Source of the DNA: an uncultured Burkholderiaceae bacterium
Lineage (GTDB): Bacteria > Pseudomonadota > Gammaproteobacteria > Burkholderiales > Burkholderiaceae_F
Length of the DNA: 28,995 nt
Direction of reading: 5' to 3'
NCBI GenBank assembly: GCA_964388005.1
Contig: CAYLZU010000004.1
Span: forward strand, 1 to 28,995
Below are positions 1-7,312 of the stretch, piece by piece. Within the stretch, counting starts at the first letter, position 1. Every line of letters starts with the position of its first letter. Position numbers and translations under genes: made by a program. The notes below the pieces were generated by a model. The model was not told where the DNA came from. It searched no databases and worked only from the letters and a program-made list of their open reading frames with translations.

Positions 1-3
1 CTG

Positions 4-357
4 ATGCCGATCAAGGCAGAAAACAGGGGCCGCTACCCGGCCGACTGGAAACAGATGACCCGCGTCGCCGCGCTTGCCCTCGCCTGCATCCTCGCCTGGT
101 CTTCCACCGGCGCCGAGCCGATCAAGCGCTCCACGAGCGCGAAGCGGGCCTTCCAGAAGGCTGCTCCATGCCCCGCCACCGGCGAGCCGCGCGGAGCGTG
201 CCCTGGCTACGTGATCGACCACATCGTGCCGCTCTGCGCCGGCGGGCCCGACACGCCGGCCAACATGCAATGGCAGACGATCGCCGAGGCGCGGGAGAAA
301 GACAAGATCGAAGTCGCGAAATGCCGGGCGCTGCGCAAGGCTGGGCGCGATGGCTGA
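4..357 (+). CDS. HNH endonuclease family protein with signal-peptide-like segment; alternative start ATG 55
   Basis: YVIDHIVPLCAGGPDTPANMQWQT matches the DHxxP..GG.....N HNH core. From ATG 55 the sequence MTRVAALALACILAWSSTGA is hydrophobic like a signal peptide. Confidence 0.8.
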   Translation: MPIKAENRGRYPADWKQMTRVAALALACILAWSSTGAEPIKRSTSAKRAFQKAAPCPATGEPRGACPGYVIDHIVPLCAGGPDTPANMQWQTIAEAREKDKIEVAKCRALRKAGRDG

Positions 358-740
358 CACCAGCATCGAATGGACCGACGCCGTCTGGAACCCGGTGCGC
401 GGCTGCGCGATCGTCTCCAAGGGCTGCACCAACTGCTACGCGATGCGCCAGGCGCACCGCTTCAGCGGCAAGGGCGGCACCTACGAAGAGCGGCCCCGGT
501 GCGCGGCCATCGCACCCAGACTGGTTCCGCTCGCTACGCGACCAGTGTGCGGCAGCCAGTGTGCCGTACTTTTTCAAGCAGTGGGGCGCCTGGAAACCGG
601 CGGAGGGCACGGAAGCGATTGCGGCTGGCCGCCGGCACCGACGCCACTTGGGCGACGGCCTCGGCTATACGGTGCACGTCGGCAAGCGCGCCGCCGGCCG
701 CGAGCTCGACGGCCGCACGCACGACGAGTACCCGCGATGA
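350..740 (+). pseudogene. Phage Gp37Gp68 / DUF5131 family gene, internally deleted and frameshifted
   Basis: The N-terminus MADTSIEWTDAVWNPVRGCAIVSKGCTNCYA (350 to ~488) and the C-terminus SGPGARPSHPDWFRSLRDQCAAASVPYFFKQWG...GRELDGRTHDEYPR (489-740) are the two conserved ends of the family. They lie in different frames and total only ~130 aa. Confidence 0.85.
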
Positions 741-967
741 CCGACCTCCTCCTCCACGCCGTCGCCGGCGCCGCGATCAGCTACCTGGCGATCCAGGCGG
801 GCGCGCATCCGGCCCTCGCCATCCTGCTCGCCCTCGTCTGCGGCACCGTGCGCGAATCTCACCAGCGCGACTGGGAGAACCCGCTGCGCTTCACCGCGCA
901 CGCTTGGACCGAGGCGGCCGCCTGGGGAATCGGCGGCCTGCTCGCCGCCGCCATCGTTCTGTCGTGA
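737..967 (+). CDS. Small membrane protein (76 aa)
   Basis: ATGA overlap with the upstream stop at 738-740; hydrophobic stretches (LLHAVAGAAISYLAI, ALAILLALVCG, AAWGIGGLLAAAIVL). Confidence 0.7.
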   Translation: MTDLLLHAVAGAAISYLAIQAGAHPALAILLALVCGTVRESHQRDWENPLRFTAHAWTEAAAWGIGGLLAAAIVLS

Positions 968-1227
968 GCCTCACGCTCACCCCCGCCGAGCTCTTCGAAG
1001 TCACCGGCTACAAGCGCGGGCACCACCAGGCGGAGTATTTCCGTTCGCTCGGAATCCCGGTGCACCGCCGGCCAGACGGGTCGGTCAGCGTCTGCCGCCA
1101 GCACTACCTTGACCTCGTTCGCCGCGCGGAGGCACCATCCGCGTCTCGCCCAGCCCTTCGGTCCGATCATGAAAAGACGCCTGCCCAACCGGGTCTACGA
1201 AAACCACGGCTCCTACTGGTTCGTTGA
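964..1227 (+). CDS. Excisionase-like small DNA-binding protein (DUF4224-like)
   Basis: GTG 964 overlaps the upstream TGA. LTLTPAELFEVTGYKRGHHQAEYFRSLGIPVHRRPDGSVSV resembles DUF4224, and the gene sits directly before the integrase. Confidence 0.7.
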   Translation: MSLTLTPAELFEVTGYKRGHHQAEYFRSLGIPVHRRPDGSVSVCRQHYLDLVRRAEAPSASRPALRSDHEKTPAQPGLRKPRLLLVR

Positions 1228-2455
1228 CCTCGAGCGCCGCTGGCACAAGCTGTGCCGCATCGCCGAGGGCGAGGCTGCCATGTATGCCGCGCTCTCGGCG
1301 CGCGTCAATGCGCTGCCGCTCTCGCGCTTCGCCGCGGCGATCGCGAAGTTCAAGGCCGAGTACCTGAAGGGCCTGGCGGCCTCCACACAGAAGGAACACG
1401 AGCGCCTGCTCGATGTCGCCGGCGAAGAGTTCGCCGACTTCGGCGTGGCCGAGGTCCAGCCCACCGATGTCGCGCGCTCGGTGAAAAACCTCTACGCCGG
1501 CCGCCCCACCGCGGCGCGCAGCTACAAGGCCAGGCTCTCGACTTTCTTTCGCTGGTGCGTGGAGGAAGGCCTGCGCGCGGACAACCCCTGCCGCGAGATC
1601 TGGCTCAAGGCACCGCCGCGGCGCGATCGCTACATCACCGACGACGAGTTCAACCGGATCCGCGCCGCGCTCCTCACGGGCGAAGACGGCCTGCCCACGC
1701 CGGCGGGCGAAATGGCGCGCGCCTTCGTCGAGCTTTGCTACCTCACCGCCCAGCGGCCGACCGACATCCGGCGTCTGCTCTGGAGCCAGGTGCGCGCCGA
1801 CGGCATCGCCTTCCGGCCCACCAAGACCGCCGGCAGCTCGGGCGCGCGCGTGGTGGTGCCGCTCACGCCGGCGCTGCGCGACGTGCTCGAGCGCGCGCGC
1901 ACGTTCGCGCCGGCAAAGCGGAGATTCGGCTGCTGGAAAAACGGCCACGACCACGCCTTCGCCGAGATCTGCGCCTTCGGCGAAGATTCCCCCGTCCAGG
2001 TCGCCGGCACGACCCTCCACGAGCTCGGGCACGTGCTGGCGGGCATCGGCAAGGGTCACGGCAAGGGCTGGCTCGCCGCCTGCCGCAGGCTCGGCCTGAC
2101 CCACGTGCGCGCCGCCGGCACGAAATACTCGCTCGCCTGCTTCGCGCCCGACATCCGCGACGCGATCGCCGCGCTGCCCACGCCCACCGACGGCCGCCCG
2201 CAGCCCTTCGGCGGCTTCGGGCCGAACGGCATGCCCCTCCAGCTCAAGCTGCGCCCCTGCAGCGCCGGCATCGGCGTCAAGGGCGGCAAGTCGCGCGGCA
2301 CCGGCTCGGGCTCGCGGCTGCGCAAGTTCGCCTGCGACTGCGGTGTGATCGCCCGGGTGGCGCGCGATGAGTTCAATGCCACCTGCGGCGAGTGCAACAC
2401 GGCGTTTAAACGCGCCGAATCCAAGCCGCGCGCGGAGCTGAGGCTCGCGGCCTGA
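1169..2455 (+). CDS. int: Tyrosine integrase N-terminal/core region fused in frame to a SprT-like HExxH metalloprotease domain
   Basis: Integrase features: LSTFFRWCVEEGLRADNPC, RRDRYITDDEF, box I LCYLTAQRPTD (Arg at 1754) and PTKT. There is no HxxR/box II. After ~1920 come HELGH (2018-2032), GHGKGW and a CxC...CxxC tail. Confidence 0.85.
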   Translation: MKRRLPNRVYENHGSYWFVDLERRWHKLCRIAEGEAAMYAALSARVNALPLSRFAAAIAKFKAEYLKGLAASTQKEHERLLDVAGEEFADFGVAEVQPTDVARSVKNLYAGRPTAARSYKARLSTFFRWCVEEGLRADNPCREIWLKAPPRRDRYITDDEFNRIRAALLTGEDGLPTPAGEMARAFVELCYLTAQRPTDIRRLLWSQVRADGIAFRPTKTAGSSGARVVVPLTPALRDVLERARTFAPAKRRFGCWKNGHDHAFAEICAFGEDSPVQVAGTTLHELGHVLAGIGKGHGKGWLAACRRLGLTHVRAAGTKYSLACFAPDIRDAIAALPTPTDGRPQPFGGFGPNGMPLQLKLRPCSAGIGVKGGKSRGTGSGSRLRKFACDCGVIARVARDEFNATCGECNTAFKRAESKPRAELRLAA

Positions 2456-2463
2456 ATGTGGAG

Positions 2464-2477
2464 TGGCCGATCGGCCA
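2464..2477. promoter_or_regulatory. 14-bp perfect palindrome TGGCCGATCGGCCA, possible operator
   Basis: Perfect inverted repeat in the intergenic gap between the int fusion stop (2455) and the RBS of the next gene. Confidence 0.3.
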
Positions 2478-2513
2478 ACCGGCGCCTCGCGGATCAGGGG
2501 CCAGGAGATTGCA

Positions 2514-2891
2514 ATGGATGACGACAGCAACGACACGGCCGCCGCGATCGCGGAGACGCGCGCGCAGTTCGGCAGCGGCCCGAAGCCGATCGACAGCGTG
2601 GAGCGCCGCCTGCAGGCCTGGGCGGAGATCTGCCGCGGCGGAGCGATGAACCTGGTGAACGTGGACGGCGTGGGCTGGTCTTGGTCGACCGCGCCGCGGA
2701 TCCAGAAAAACGGATCCGCGATCGGGCGGGTCTACCGCCAGAGGAAGGGAGGGTTGTGCGTCGACGCGGGGAGCTACAAGATCGACGCGAAGGGGAAGGT
2801 GCTGCAGCTGCCGGCCGAACTGCGGGCCGTGCTGCCTGGTGGCGAGAGCGCCGAGATCTCGGCCGACGCCGAGACGGAGACCTCGCCATGA
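2514..2891 (+). CDS. Hypothetical protein (125 aa)
   Basis: AGGAG at 2503-2507 before ATG 2514; ATGA overlap with the next gene; no family recognised. Confidence 0.65.
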   Translation: MDDDSNDTAAAIAETRAQFGSGPKPIDSVERRLQAWAEICRGGAMNLVNVDGVGWSWSTAPRIQKNGSAIGRVYRQRKGGLCVDAGSYKIDAKGKVLQLPAELRAVLPGGESAEISADAETETSP

Positions 2892-3160
2892 CCGCGACTG
2901 CTAAACTGCGCGACGTGGCGAACCACCCGAACCGCAACAAGCACGCCGGCGCGGCCGCCAGCTCGCCATCGCCCGCCCAGGTGCGCTCGGCGCGCGAGGC
3001 CGCGGGGCTCACGCAGAGCGAGGCCGCGGCGAAGATCCACGGCACGCTGCGCGCCTGGCAGAACTACGAGGCCGACGAGGGCACGCCGGAATACCGGCGC
3101 ATGCACCCGGGCCTCTTTGAGCTCTTCCTGATCAAGACCGGCCAGCCGCGGCCGCGGTAG
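2888..3160 (+). CDS. XRE/Cro-type helix-turn-helix regulator (alternative start GTG 2915)
   Basis: VRSAREAAGLTQSEAAAKIHGTLRAWQNYE is a typical XRE HTH. Confidence 0.85.
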   Translation: MTATAKLRDVANHPNRNKHAGAAASSPSPAQVRSAREAAGLTQSEAAAKIHGTLRAWQNYEADEGTPEYRRMHPGLFELFLIKTGQPRPR

Positions 3161-3190
3161 AAAAGCAAAGCCCCGCGCGAGGCGGGGCTT
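3161..3190 (-). terminator. Intrinsic terminator of the late operon (possibly bidirectional)
   Basis: Stem AAGCCCCGC/GCGGGGCTT (3168-3190). The A-rich flank at 3161-3170 reads as a U-rich tail on minus, and the site lies between convergent genes. Confidence 0.75.
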
Positions 3191-3244
3191 CGGGTGAGGG
3201 CGGACTTTAGACGAGGAGAATTCTGCGCCCGGCGGGCGCAGAGG

Positions 3245-3880
3245 TCAAGGGGATGGACGGCCCGAGCGCTCGGCCTTCAGCGTGGCGCGGCAGAGCCGGA
3301 GCTTGCCGAGGGCGGCGTCGGCGCGGCCGGCTTCGGTGAGGAGGAAGTCGCTGGCGCGGCCTGAAAGAACGCCCGCAGCCGCTCGAGGAAGCTCTCCTCC
3401 CCCGTCTCGTCCAGCACTTCCGGCGGGATCGGCGGCAGCGCGGCCGCCTCCACGCTCACCACTGCCGGGGCACCCTGCCCCGGCTTCTGCGGCGGGGTCG
3501 CGCAGGAGCAAAGAACCATCGTGCAGAGCAGCGCGCAGGATCTCCAGGTTGCGGTGAGCATCGTTTTTCTCCTTGATGTGGGTGGCCACGGCGCTGGACA
3601 CGGCATGCGCGCGGCGCGCCTCTTCCTTGCGCGCGGCCGCCTCGAGCTCGCGGATGCGCGCGGTGGCCTGGATGAGCTTCTCGTTGTCGCGCGCCTCGTA
3701 CTCCGCGCGCGCCTTGTGCTCGCCGGCGGCGAAGATCGCGGCGTCGCGCGCCTCGATCCACTCGCCGACGTAGTTGACGAGCTTGTAGATCGCCCCCACG
3801 AGGAAGGCGGCGGCGAGCAGCACGCCGATGATCTGGAGCCAGCCGAAGCCGCGCTGCCGGCACTCGCGCAGCGGCGTCAC
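3245..3880 (-). CDS. Rz: Rz-like inner-membrane spanin
   Basis: GTG 3880 overlaps the upstream TGA. It has an N-terminal TM (WLQIIGVLLAAAFLVGAIY), a coiled-coil-like periplasmic region and a C-terminus ASDFLLTEAGRADAALGKLRLCRA, and lies downstream of the endolysin. Confidence 0.85.
   Translation of the reverse strand: MTPLRECRQRGFGWLQIIGVLLAAAFLVGAIYKLVNYVGEWIEARDAAIFAAGEHKARAEYEARDNEKLIQATARIRELEAAARKEEARRAHAVSSAVATHIKEKNDAHRNLEILRAALHDGSLLLRDPAAEAGAGCPGSGERGGGRAAADPAGSAGRDGGGELPRAAAGVLSGRASDFLLTEAGRADAALGKLRLCRATLKAERSGRPSP
3277..3561 (-). CDS. Rz1: Rz1-like outer-membrane lipoprotein spanin nested in Rz
   Basis: AAGGAG RBS before ATG 3561; lipobox-like LCSC followed by a Pro-rich mature region; entirely inside Rz in another frame. 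Confidence 0.8.
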   Translation of the reverse strand: MLTATWRSCALLCTMVLCSCATPPQKPGQGAPAVVSVEAAALPPIPPEVLDETGEESFLERLRAFFQAAPATSSSPKPAAPTPPSASSGSAAPR

Positions 3881-4023
3881 AGCAGGATCCACCCGACCAC
3901 CACGCCCGCGAGGAACGCCGCCACGCCGACCGCCGTGCGCGGGTGGTCCTGCGCCCAGATGCGCGCGTCGATGTAGGCGCCGTGGAGCGTGTTGCGGATC
4001 TGCTTGCGGGTTTCCTTCTTCAT
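3877..4023 (-). CDS. Small tail-anchored membrane protein (48 aa), not in the supplied ORF track
   Basis: AGGAG RBS. It reads MKKETRKQIRNTLHGAYIDARIWAQDHPRTAVGVAAFLAGVVVGWILL, and its stop overlaps the Rz start (GTGA). Confidence 0.7.
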   Translation of the reverse strand: MKKETRKQIRNTLHGAYIDARIWAQDHPRTAVGVAAFLAGVVVGWILL

Positions 4024-4032
4024 GGTCGGCTC

Positions 4033-4515
4033 CTAGGTGAGGTTCTCTTCGCCGGGCAGCGCCTGCGCGCGCGGCGGCATGGTGCTCGGGATGTACACGC
4101 GCCGGCCGGATCTCGGCGGCACCGACTGCAGGTGCACCCACGGGTCGCGGCCGCCGGTCCACATCGGCCGCTCCATCCACAGGCCGCAATTCTTGAGATC
4201 CGGCAGGTTGGCGAGGCACCACGCGGCGAGCGCGCGATCGGGCGTGTCCTGCAGGTCCACCGCCTGGCCGGTGAGGTGCCTGGAGGCGGCCGCGGCATTG
4301 CTCGTGCGCTCGTTCACCGCCGCCGGCCGCCAGCCGCTTGCCACGTGCGTGCCGGTCGCCTGGTCGAAGCCGGGCGTCACGCCGTCGGCCTCGGCAAAGT
4401 TGAGCAGCAGGTTCACCCTGCCCACCAGCTCCTCGGCGGCCGCGCGGATCCCGCCGGTGAGCTCGTGGGCGTACTCCACGTCCCGCCCCATCCAGTACTG
4501 CTCGAGCGTGATCAT
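4033..4515 (-). CDS. Endolysin, peptidase M15 family (Zn D-Ala-D-Ala peptidase fold)
   Basis: Motifs SGWR, SRHLTGQAVD and WVHLQ match M15 Zn ligands; flanked by holin-like and spanin genes. Confidence 0.88.
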   Translation of the reverse strand: MITLEQYWMGRDVEYAHELTGGIRAAAEELVGRVNLLLNFAEADGVTPGFDQATGTHVASGWRPAAVNERTSNAAAASRHLTGQAVDLQDTPDRALAAWCLANLPDLKNCGLWMERPMWTGGRDPWVHLQSVPPRSGRRVYIPSTMPPRAQALPGEENLT

Positions 4516-4594
4516 GTCTTGCAACGATGATTCCCCACCCCCACCAGCCGGCACCGACAGTACGGGGCGGTCGGCGGTGGTGGGGCAGCATCAC

Positions 4595-4885
4595 CTAGAC
4601 CCCGAGGATCTTGTCGATCGCGCGGTCCACCGCGCGCCGGCCTGAAGCAAGCAGCACCGCCACCGCAAGCAGCACGCCCAGGTGCGCCCAGTCGCGTGCC
4701 TCATCCGCAAGCGGCGCGCCGTAGGCCGGCGCGAACACGATCGCCGCCGCCGAGATCGCCAGCACCACGTTCGCCGCGCGCACCCGGTGCGAGGTCGCGC
4801 GCGACATCGCGTTGACGTTGCGAAGGGCAAAGGCAAGCACCGTGAGCGCCGTCAACCAGTCCACGAGCAGCAAGGCAGCGTTCAT
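4595..4885 (-). CDS. Holin-like membrane protein (96 aa, ~3 TM)
   Basis: Three hydrophobic segments and a basic loop NAMSRATSHRVR; ATGA-coupled to the upstream gene and directly before the endolysin. Confidence 0.65.
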   Translation of the reverse strand: MNAALLLVDWLTALTVLAFALRNVNAMSRATSHRVRAANVVLAISAAAIVFAPAYGAPLADEARDWAHLGVLLAVAVLLASGRRAVDRAIDKILGV

Positions 4886-5307
4886 CCGACCGGCCCCCCC
4901 CCTCCGCCCCAGCCGCCGCCGCCCCAGCGATTGCGCGCGATGGCGCGCAGATCGTCGAGAAACACCGGCACCTTCGCGATCGCCGCGAGCGCCGCGAGGC
5001 CGAGCAGGAACGCCACCGGCAGGTGCGGAATCCCCTCCCACAGGAACCCCGCGAGCGGGGTCACGTAAGCGGAGGCGACCGTGCCCATGACCACCCGCCC
5101 CACCAGCTGGAGGAAGGAAAGCACCGGCGGCAAAAAGGTGAGCGCCACCACCGCCCCGGCAAAGGCCGCGAGCAGCACCGAAAGCGGCACGCCGAACACC
5201 GCGATCGACCAGTCGGCCGTCCACCACGACGCCGCGCCAGTGGCGGCCGAAGTCGCGGCGGCCGCCACCTTCTGCATGGCGGGGTCTGCGGCGATGGCGA
5301 AGCGCAT
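4882..5307 (-). CDS. Putative holin/antiholin membrane protein (alternative start 5277)
   Basis: Multiple TM segments (FGVPLSVLLAAFAGAVVALTFL, VVMGTVASAYVTPL, LPVAFLLGLAALAAI); first gene of the lysis cassette. Confidence 0.65.
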   Translation of the reverse strand: MRFAIAADPAMQKVAAAATSAATGAASWWTADWSIAVFGVPLSVLLAAFAGAVVALTFLPPVLSFLQLVGRVVMGTVASAYVTPLAGFLWEGIPHLPVAFLLGLAALAAIAKVPVFLDDLRAIARNRWGGGGWGGGGGPVG

Positions 5308-5318
5308 CGGCTGGGTCC

Positions 5319-5702
5319 CTAGCGCAACTTCGAGCGCACGCCCACCGCGACCACCCAGAAGAGAATCCCCAGCCGCGTGCGTTCGGCGGCTGTGAGCGTC
5401 GGGAAGTTGTTCCCGGCCCACGCGATCCACTCGGCCTTGGTCTGATCGATCAGCGGCAGCACCTGCGGATCGACCGCGCAATCGCTCACCTCCAGGCCGT
5501 CCTGCTCGCGGCGCGCCTTCAGCGCGAGTCCGGCGGCATCGACGCCGGCGGCCGCCTCGAGCTCGGCTTGCGTGGGCTCTCCGCCCACGGCATCGCAAAA
5601 GCGGAAGATCCCGGCGCTGACCGCGAAGCGCTCGGCATCCGGGTGCTGGTCGGTGGGCGGGAATTCCGGCTCCCGCTCGTAGAGTGCGCGAATCATCCTC
5701 AT
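5319..5702 (-). CDS. Hypothetical protein after the tail fibre (possible fibre assembly chaperone)
   Basis: ATG 5702 overlaps the tail-fibre TGA. The chaperone role is inferred from position only. Confidence 0.6.
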   Translation of the reverse strand: MRMIRALYEREPEFPPTDQHPDAERFAVSAGIFRFCDAVGGEPTQAELEAAAGVDAAGLALKARREQDGLEVSDCAVDPQVLPLIDQTKAEWIAWAGNNFPTLTAAERTRLGILFWVVAVGVRSKLR

Positions 5703-7312
5703 GCCTGAATCTCCTCTGCTTCGATATAGGACGCCGCCGCGCCGTTCCAGCGTTGTGCGCCAGCCTCTCCGTTGTAGCTGGTCGTGCCGGCGCCATCCGC
5801 GCCGGCGCGCATCTTGAACGTAATTGCGGAGGTCGACTCGGCCAGGAGAAACGCATCGACAGTGCCGCGCAGATTTCGGTCTGCGCTTCCGCTCCATGTC
5901 GTGGAGACGGCAAGCGCATTCGCAACGGAGTCCTTGAACAACGCCAGCGCAATAAAAAGGGAGGACGTGTTCGCAAGCTGGGCGGCGCTGCGCACACGCA
6001 GACCGTTCGCGGCGCTGGAAGGGGTGATTGCCATCGACTGGTATTGGTCGCCCTCGGTGTTCTGGGGGATGGTGTTGTCGCGTGGGATCTGCGTCGTCCC
6101 AGTCGCCACCGCTCCATCTGGCGCGCGGACGGTCTGAATCACATTACCAGGCAGCGGCACGCCAGCGCCAAAAAGCTGGGTGCGCGATGGGGCGGTGTTC
6201 CAGGTGCCCGCGGTGGCGAGGCCGGATTCCCAGGTCGAATAGCCGACCACGGCATAGGCCTTCGAGGAAACCGCCACGCCGGTGTAGAAAACTTGAGCGC
6301 TGTCGGCCGCGCCCGCGCCGCCCTCGGCGGTGCTCGATGCGATGCCCCACCCTTGTAGCGGGTAGATCGCGGTGACATTGCGACCGGAGCCTGCGTTCGC
6401 TGCAGTGGTCAGGCAGTTGATCGCGGCCAGGCGCAGGGTGCCCGCGTCGTCGAAGATGGCGAACCACAGGCGCGCAGCGATCGCGCTGGTAAAACCCAGC
6501 GTTGAGCCGCTGGAGAGCGTGAGCGAGAGCGCTGCGGTGAGCGTGCGCACCACGTAGCCGCCGGTGGTCGCGGCCTGATCGCGGAAGACCACCAGCACCG
6601 GATCGGCCGCGCTGGGGTCGGCGCCGGCGAGGGTCTTGACGGCAATGGTTTCGGCGTTGCCCGTGCGCGAGTGCACGAGCGTGCCGTTGATGAGCGTGTA
6701 TCCGACCGCCGCATCGAAGCTGACGGCGGGGTCTCTCACGTCGGTGCCGTCGTTGTAGAGTGCCTTCGCGCGGCCCTGCCCGACCAGGATGCCGGTCTGG
6801 CCGGTGACGCGCACGGTGACGCTATATGCGCCGGTGGTGTCGTTCCTCACCGCCGCCCACTTCCATGGCGTCGCGTCGACCTCGATGTTGCGGTTGCCGG
6901 TCAGCACGCCGGTGAGGATCAGGATGTCGCAGCGCTGCTCGTCTTGCGTTAGCACCTGGGTGCCGGCGCCGCCGGCGATCGAGACCGACTTCACGCGCGG
7001 CGCGGTAAGTTGAGAAACCCAGCCGCAGCGGATCTCGACCGTGGTGTTCGCGCCCCAGCTGATCGCGGCGTCGGCGATGGAGGATTTGTGGATGTGCGTG
7101 CGCGCAAGCGTGGCCGGGCCCGAGCCCACCGTGCCAATGCCCTCTTCCCAGTTGATGCCGTCGGTCGCGTAGTAGGGCACGAGGTCCCCGGCCGACACGC
7201 CGCCGCCGAGGAACGCCTGAAAGCCGGTGGCCGCGCCCAGCAGCGTGTAGGTGCCCGCGCCGGTGATGAGGCTGGTTTCCAGCACGCGCGGCTTGATTCG
7301 GAACTGTGCCAT
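5699..7312 (-). CDS. Tail fibre / receptor-binding protein (537 aa)
   Basis: Gly/Ala/Thr-rich beta-type protein after the tail-tip genes, with phage-fibre-like segments (RVLETSLITGAGTYTL...WEEGIG, LTGVLTGNRNIEV, TTQIPRDNTIPQNTEG). Confidence 0.8.
   Translation of the reverse strand: MAQFRIKPRVLETSLITGAGTYTLLGAATGFQAFLGGGVSAGDLVPYYATDGINWEEGIGTVGSGPATLARTHIHKSSIADAAISWGANTTVEIRCGWVSQLTAPRVKSVSIAGGAGTQVLTQDEQRCDILILTGVLTGNRNIEVDATPWKWAAVRNDTTGAYSVTVRVTGQTGILVGQGRAKALYNDGTDVRDPAVSFDAAVGYTLINGTLVHSRTGNAETIAVKTLAGADPSAADPVLVVFRDQAATTGGYVVRTLTAALSLTLSSGSTLGFTSAIAARLWFAIFDDAGTLRLAAINCLTTAANAGSGRNVTAIYPLQGWGIASSTAEGGAGAADSAQVFYTGVAVSSKAYAVVGYSTWESGLATAGTWNTAPSRTQLFGAGVPLPGNVIQTVRAPDGAVATGTTQIPRDNTIPQNTEGDQYQSMAITPSSAANGLRVRSAAQLANTSSLFIALALFKDSVANALAVSTTWSGSADRNLRGTVDAFLLAESTSAITFKMRAGADGAGTTSYNGEAGAQRWNGAAASYIEAEEIQA

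Noticed and set aside
2160-2552. GCGATCGC (HIP1-like) palindromes
   Set aside because: Such sites are expected by chance at this GC content.
2458-2649. 63-aa ORF ending in an ATGA overlap at 2646
   Set aside because: Low-complexity translation and no RBS; the overlapping frame from ATG 2514 has a good RBS.
3222-3242. Second hairpin TCTGCGCCC/GGGCGCAGA after the Rz stop as a terminator or att site
   Set aside because: It has a 3-nt loop, no adjacent U-tract and no partner repeat; its function cannot be supported.
5699-5900. DGR variable region at the tail-fibre C-terminus
   Set aside because: No second copy of this sequence was noticed and there is no RT gene.
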